Below, one piece after another: positions 33,710 to 39,853 of a DNA stretch of 39,853 nucleotides. The stretch's first letter is position 1. Every line of letters starts with the position of its first letter. The notes beneath the pieces are model-generated. The model was not told the DNA's origin, did no database searches, and was given only the letters and a program-made list of their open reading frames with translations. Origin of the DNA: an uncultured Nitrososphaerales archaeon (GTDB taxonomy: Archaea > Thermoproteota > Nitrososphaeria > Nitrososphaerales > Nitrososphaeraceae); assembly GCA_963709405.1 (NCBI GenBank), contig CAVPXM010000031.1, positions 1-39,853 on the forward strand. Reading direction: 5' to 3'. The position numbers and the translations under genes were made by a program.

Positions 33710-34117
33710 TTACATTTTCAGAATTCGATTCACTATTTGATAATTGCACTCGTTCTGTCTAGGAGCAATTATTACATTATTATGACTGCCATCAACGCGC
33801 ACATTGGATCCACCTTGGGCTTGAGATTGTGATTGCAGTGTCGAAGTTCTACCTGCTAATGAATTCCACTCAATTTTATAACCAAGTGATATCCCGGCAG
33901 AATTCGCTAGTATGCCCTTTATCATTTGGACAGCCTGTATCGTAGCCGTGATTACTACGGTCGCAATTGTTATAATCGCACGCGGCATAGTCCTGACCAG
34001 CGTTATATCCATCGTTATAACGTTGCTGATATGATACATGTGCGAATATGCTGGGTGAGATGCGACGAAGAATCAACATTGCTCCAATGTCATAGCTACA
34101 AATATGCTATTATTCAT
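33710..34117 (-). CDS. small secreted Cys-rich protein, type A paralog with QS tail, frameshifted
   Basis: YNDGYNAGQDYAACDYNNCDRSNHGYDTGCPNDKGHTSEFC / LGYKIEWNSL...QSQSQAQGGSNVRVDGSHNNVIIAPRQ. Confidence 0.7.
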
Positions 34118-34305
34118 TTGCTAGTTCAATCTCCTCTAAGAGAACCTTGCCTCCGCCATTTTCCAGCTTATCTAATGCTGTTTCAAGACTGAGTGATAGT
34201 ATCTCGCTATAGTTATACTGTGGCATCGTGAATCTTATTTTGTATTTACCAAGAGCTTGAACTGCTAATAGACAATTTTGAGAATCTAGGCAGTATATTT
34301 TATTA

Positions 34306-35259
34306 GGTAATACCTAAGAGTTTGGAACAGATTCTATCATCATCTTTGTCAGTATTCTGAAGATATTTTCGTTCCTATGATTGAACCTGAACTCTATTTC
34401 CTTTAAATAAAGTTCAAAGTATGATTTCGGTACACCTCGGTAGTGATATAGCCATGTCTTGGCATAGCTCCAGAATCCTTCGATACCATTGATATGAGTT
34501 GCATCATCTCTAACATATTCTTCCTTTCCATGAAGTATTATCTGATGTTTACCTATCAAGTTCAATGTTGCATATGCAGTATGATCATCCGTATAATACA
34601 AGGAACCTTTCTTTGTATGTTGTTTTATCAAGGATCAAGGGAATCAGTGTATCATGTTTTCTGTCGGATACAGGGAATGTGATGACCTTGCCATTTCTCT
34701 GATATATTCCAAATACCAGGCTTTTACCTTCAGATCCGCATCCACGTTTTCCTTTCCTATGTCCACCAAATAATGCTTCGTCTATTTCTAATTCTCCAGA
34801 CAACTTCTTTAACTCTTTTAGTTTCAGCAATGACTCATTGTAGATTGATTGTCTGAATACTTGAATGTCTTCTCTATCGTATCAAACTAAGTGGTACCAG
34901 TGAACACAAACCTGATGCTCTATGCAGGTACTCCTAGAGCGAATAGGTACGTGAGATGTCCTAGTTTCTCAAGACGAAAAGTTGAATTCTCCGATATACG
35001 TTCTTGTAAATTCTTCAACTTTATTACAACGTCTTCTATTACTATGTCTCATCCAAATCTCTTATCTTTAAGATGATACAACAATCGGTATCCACATCTT
35101 GGACATTGTCTCCTTCCCTTCCATCTAGCATGACGAAAGTTCCGCGGCCACTTTTTGTCACGCTTCCAGCGAGTTCTATTGGGCTGTATTCACGCACGCA
35201 GCACAATGTACCAGTCAAAAATATTCTTTATTTCTTGTTCCAAATGTTTGGGTATTACC
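34306..35259 (-). mobile_element. IS1595-family insertion sequence (954 bp) with a degraded transposase
   Basis: 24-bp imperfect TIRs (ggtaatacc..tttggaaca, 20/24 match); perfect 8-bp TSD ttttatta at 34298-34305 and 35260-35267; motifs CPRCG, EIDEALFGG, YTDD, HINGIEGFWS, YLKEIEFRFNHR. Confidence 0.93.
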
Positions 35260-35460
35260 TTTTATTATAGTCGTTATATTTCTTGTAGCCTGCGCGCACT
35301 TTTAAGTTTGGGCTTAGTCTGATTACGACGCGATCCTCGCTTGTTTGGATCTTCATATCGCAACATCCCATATTAAATGGAGTTTCCACATTTCGAGAGG
35401 GCAAGACGTAACTTGCCCCCAGCCATTACTAGGTAGCATTCCCCATTCTCGCTCCATTTT

Positions 35461-35837
35461 TCAATGTGGAAGTAGATTCTGTAGTGACTTTAGATCACCC
35501 AAGCTTACTCGGTTCCAGTTTACAATATTACCACATCCAGTCTGGTCAGCCAGCGTTCTTAAGCCGCATTATTAGAGGCGAGGGTAATCCAAGTGCCATA
35601 GCTCCTCCAGCCATTAACACACCATTTCTAATGCAGCCAAATGCTCTTTCACCCTCTGGTGTAAAAGTTCCATCTTGATTTACATATGCGCTACACGGCT
35701 AACTGGAGCCGCGGCGCACTGTATTACATCTGTCATCCAGTCAATTCCAGATGTTGTCTGAGCTTGCGCTCCATGGCTTTCGGTAAGAGTCAGCATCGAA
35801 ATTGCAAGGATAAAATAAATGGGTCTACTATTCTCAT
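35461..35837 (-). pseudogene. small secreted Cys/Gly-rich protein, type D, multiple frameshifts
   Basis: Start overlaps the upstream stop (TAATG) with SD AGGAGG; fragments AQAQTTSGIDW, CSAYVNQDGTFTPEGERAFGCIRNGVLMAGGAMALGLP, LADQTGCGNIVNW. Confidence 0.6.
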
Positions 35838-36555
35838 TAAATTGTGCCTCCTTTCATTTTTCCATGTAATCTCAATTCGAGCTCCCTACATCGGTTGTAT
35901 TTGTGGCATGCGTGATGTTTGCTGTTTCTACTAGGTGTAGGTCTCGATATTTTGAATGAATCGATCATTTGATGAACCGCAGGAAGTAACTGATCATATC
36001 TTGATGCCTCAGCAGTATAGAAGACATAGTAGAATTTGCCCTTGTCATCGCCATGTTTATCACCGAATGTCCCCATCACCATTGTCTTCATTGGAAAGCC
36101 ATTGAATGTATCTGAAAATACGAGAACATAAGCTGGTTTTCCCGCAAGTTGCGCGTTTGTCGTTGTAGCTAAATCAATATGGAAATCTGTTGCATTGAAT
36201 CTGTAGGCATTGATTGCGTTACGTAAATAGAGGTCTAGATTTTTTGTATTATTTGGCTCCAAATTATGTTATACTGGAAGTTAGCAACTGCATTTGAATC
36301 CAGAGCTATTGGTGGTGAGATGTCTGTCACGTCGATAACCGTGTCACTGGGTTTGTTAATCCCTGTTTGTAATCCCCAATTGGATGGATATTTTATATTG
36401 ACACCATAAGTAGAGTTTTGGTATGTTATGGCATCTGTGTTGCTTGGGATATTGCTCGCGGCTACTATGAGATGATTTGATGTCTGTATGGTTATTGCAA
36501 CAACCATGGATAAAACCATGGTCGTCAGAATTTTACCTACTTTCCTTCTCATCAT
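35837..36555 (-). CDS. secreted PsbP-like protein, frameshifted near 36260
   Basis: Signal peptide; TYQNSTYGVNIKYPSNW, LAGKPAY, YYVFYTAEASRYDQLLPAVHQMIDSFKI. Confidence 0.8.
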
Positions 36556-36971
36556 AGCGACATCATTCCCACGGTCTTGCCAATCTGGGTGTCCGGCGCT
36601 AGATAGACATCCACTGCAAGTGATGCACCAGTACCAACAAGCGTCTCATCGTTGTCCTTTCCACTTCAGTGAGGATATTTCCCAGGGTATGTACTGGACT
36701 TAAAGCATGTATTCCTAATACTCTGCCACTTCTTGGTTTGACTTCTATCCAACCTCTGTTCATCTACATATTGTTTTTCCATACAGAGTCATTAGGGGTC
36801 TCATTTATGGCTCAGCTAGATGCTAAATCATTGCATTTTATCTTAAAATTCCAAAATAATTATGATAGATGAAACAACTTGGTGGCGATTTAGTTGCAGT
36901 ACGTTGCAAAATAGAAAGGCTTTATGTAACTTTATTCCTTTATTGGTTAGACATTCGGAGCTAGGACATGG

Positions 36972-37442
36972 TTGAACGATGGACAAGAGCTTTATAGCAA
37001 AATTCTCGAGGTATTTAGAAATGATGATGCTCAAAAAATTGCCGATTTTAAACATACAAGATATGCGAGCATACTTTGGATTGCTACATACCTTAGAAAC
37101 TACAAACGTTATATCAGAACAATCGAAAATTATACATGTTTTAATTATTACCGTTTAGGGAAAGTAGCAGACTACGTCAGAATAAATTATGATAGGGGTA
37201 AGCAAGCAAGAAGGGTATTTGAAGAGTTAGAAAAAGTAGGTGAAGTTCTGATATTTGTTCGTGATAACAAAACGTATGTGTGTTTGACAGATAAAGGAAT
37301 GGCAGAATTATCTCAAAAGATACAAGAGTTATGGGAGTTAAGAGATTATCATGCCCAGCTTAATGTAGCATCACATACTTCCAAGATATCATGGTACAAA
37401 AATAAATATCTAGAGCTGAGGAGCAAACTAAATTACCAATAG
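36972..37442 (+). CDS. hypothetical protein with wHTH-like segment; probably the N-terminal part of the downstream gene
   Basis: RRVFEELEKVGEV...YVCLTDKG; its TAG stop is in frame with the following receiver domain. Confidence 0.5.
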   Translation: MNDGQELYSKILEVFRNDDAQKIADFKHTRYASILWIATYLRNYKRYIRTIENYTCFNYYRLGKVADYVRINYDRGKQARRVFEELEKVGEVLIFVRDNKTYVCLTDKGMAELSQKIQELWELRDYHAQLNVASHTSKISWYKNKYLELRSKLNYQ

Positions 37443-39580
37443 TTTAGATTAAAATCTGAATTAGATTTAGTCTCTGGTAATGAGTCGAATACACAGCATA
37501 TTACAAGTAATGAAAAATATGCTGAAAAGGAATTAATTGATCCTTACAATGATTCACGCTTAAGAATCCTACTCGTCGACGACGAACCTGACATAACAGC
37601 AATCCTAAAACTCATATTAGAACAAAATGGATTTGCTGTTGATCAGTTGATCCTTCGCTGGCGTTATCCAACTACAAAATCGGAAAATATGGATTATTAT
37701 TACTTGATATAAAAATGCCTAAGATGGACGGCTTTGAATTATATCGAGAAATTAAAAATATAGATAATAATGTAGGAGTAATTTATATTACCGCCTACGA
37801 GATATATCATGAAGGCATTAAAGAAAATTTTCCTCAACTTTCAGATGAAAACTTTATACTCAAACCGTTCCCTATCGAGGATTTAGTCGAGAAGATAAAA
37901 AGATTCAATCGTGATAGGTGTCAGAAGCTCGATATAGACCAATCAAGACTAATTGAATTTAACGCAAAAGAATATGTTGACAATAGTCAATTTGAAAGCG
38001 CATTAGATTACTTAGATGGAATGCCGGTAAGATATACTAATAGTTCAGAGCTTCGGAACATTATACGGACATCTATTAACAAAATACACAACGAGTATGT
38101 ACCTATACCTGATTACATAACATGTGAAAACAGTAGTGGAAAATTTTCTCATTTAAAGTCTAACTCTGGGAATAAGGATTCGTTACCCCAATGACTGGAT
38201 TTGTACTCATTCTCCAACGCTTAATGGTCTCCTATTCAGTCCACTAGACGAAGAATTAGGTAAACAGCTAATATTTTCTTTGACGCTTGAACCACTCTAT
38301 GATGATTCGAATAATGTTATCGACTCAGTTACTCGGCGTTACATAAGTAACTTCCAACAAATTTATTCTAATTCAGAACTGGTAGAATCAAAGATACTTA
38401 GCCTAACCGATATCCCTTCACAGCAAATAACATTCAGCACAGAAAAACAAAGACATTTAGTAGTTTTGATACCTGTAAAGTCAGACTCGTTATATATGCT
38501 TGAGTACGATGCAGATTCTGCAATATTTGCAGATCATTTGCCAGATATTCAAAAGATGTGTAAGTCGTTTGAATTATTAGAAGGTGAGGCATCCTTTGCA
38601 TTAAATTTTCCTAATACTAATTTCTTGATGATGTAAGTCGCAACTACGGTATTGCAATAAGATATCCTTATGGCTAAAGTCAGAACTCCTGAATGATTCT
38701 AATGCCACAGTCGTTTCTGTTGCAGAAATTCTACCACCACTTGATGATGACCCTGAGCTCTTAACCAGTATCCACATAGGCCTCAAAAAACTAAATCAGA
38801 ATACGACGATGGATCATTATGCACGCACCGCTATTAAACAATATAGAGAAATCCATAAGTCAAATTTTAATCTTATATTTACAGGCAAAAGTCTCCTATT
38901 TGGACAATTAGGATATAGACTATTTTCAATTACATCGAGCAAGGTCACATCATGGTGTACATGGAAACAGGGACCATTTTCATGGGTAAGCCTTATTACA
39001 TTAGATTTGTGACATGTCTATCAAAATATGCCAAATTTCTACCAATGGTACTAAGAATTATCCGCTCCTTTGATGCTTCCAAGACTTTACAGCCCATCCA
39101 AGAGATCCATACTACCTACTGCATTTAATGGTAAATTTTTGATCTATAATAATCCTGAATCCGGCATAACAATATTGTTTCCAGCTATGTGGATGGTGGG
39201 TAATGAAAACAAAACCCAAGATCTATTTAAAATGCGTGACCCACTTCTGGCTATACTAGCGCGGAAGTTAGACTTTTAGTAGAACATCGCTTACAGCCCA
39301 CAATAACTATAGATGAATATATCAATAGGGATAATATCTACTAGATACAATGACTTTTCTATTGCCTCTTCAAAAACAGAGGTTATGCTCTCAAATAACC
39401 CAGCATATTCGATAGTCGGTGTTTACAAGGATTGTATATATGAAACACAAAAGATAATGCAGATATGTACTATAATAGATAGTTGTGCATACATCATAGA
39501 ATACATGGCTGATCCTACAAATAGCATACCGATAGTTTAAGAAAAAAATGATTGAATCTTTCGAGGTTAGTAAAAATTAG
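37443..39580 (+). pseudogene. response-regulator receiver domain followed by three PsbP-like repeats, many frameshifts
   Basis: RILLVDDEPDI, LLLDIKMPKMDGFEL, ITAY, ILKP; repeat ends LPDIQKMCKSF, FLPMVLRIIRSF, KMIESF; repeat starts YGIAIRYP and YNNPESGITILFPAMW. Confidence 0.7.
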
Positions 39581-39853
39581 GTGCTTGATCTGAGGGCTAC
39601 CATTTGCTCTCGTGGCATTAGACTTAAGATTTGAAGGCTGAGGAATTGGTTGGACATCAAAACTTTCATCACTGAAGTTGTAGTAGTCATCATGAAGGGT
39701 TGTTTTGCGGTTTGATGACATTAAACATGCATCTGATCAAGGGTGCAAAAGTAAGTTTTTAAAGGAAGGTCAAAAATAATATATGCCAATTGTATTGAGC
39801 TCCTTAATACGAGAACAGATAATTAACTAAGCTGATATTTACAGGGAACTAAC

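Noticed and set aside
37440-37442. In-frame TAG (also one near 9875) as pyrrolysine or programmed read-through
   Set aside because: No pyl genes in view; TAA stops and frameshifts also interrupt neighbouring genes, so decay or error is simpler

Overview
AT-rich archaeal DNA, most likely from a soil ammonia-oxidising archaeon (Nitrososphaeraceae). This inference rests on archaeal Pth2 and RFC-L plus lineage-typical PsbP-like, histidine kinase, PadR and integrase families. A few intact housekeeping or stress genes (pth2, rfcL, ppk2, USP) sit in a heavily decayed accessory region of frameshifted genes and fused gene remnants. Highlights: (1) an intact HTH + terminase-large-subunit pair (13534-15545) with no portal or capsid gene in the window, near integrase and IS630 remnants; (2) an array of small secreted Cys-rich, GY-motif proteins (29.0-35.8 kb), three of which share an upstream 27-bp motif at near-fixed spacing; (3) an apparent wHTH-like/receiver/3xPsbP fusion gene (36.9-39.6 kb); (4) an AlgG-like beta-helix protein; (5) a full-length IS1595-family element with TIRs and a perfect 8-bp TSD; (6) GC-rich bacterial-looking TrxB-like and UBP zinc-finger fragments. 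All family calls come from motif recognition by eye, not database searches. Some frameshifts could be sequencing errors.
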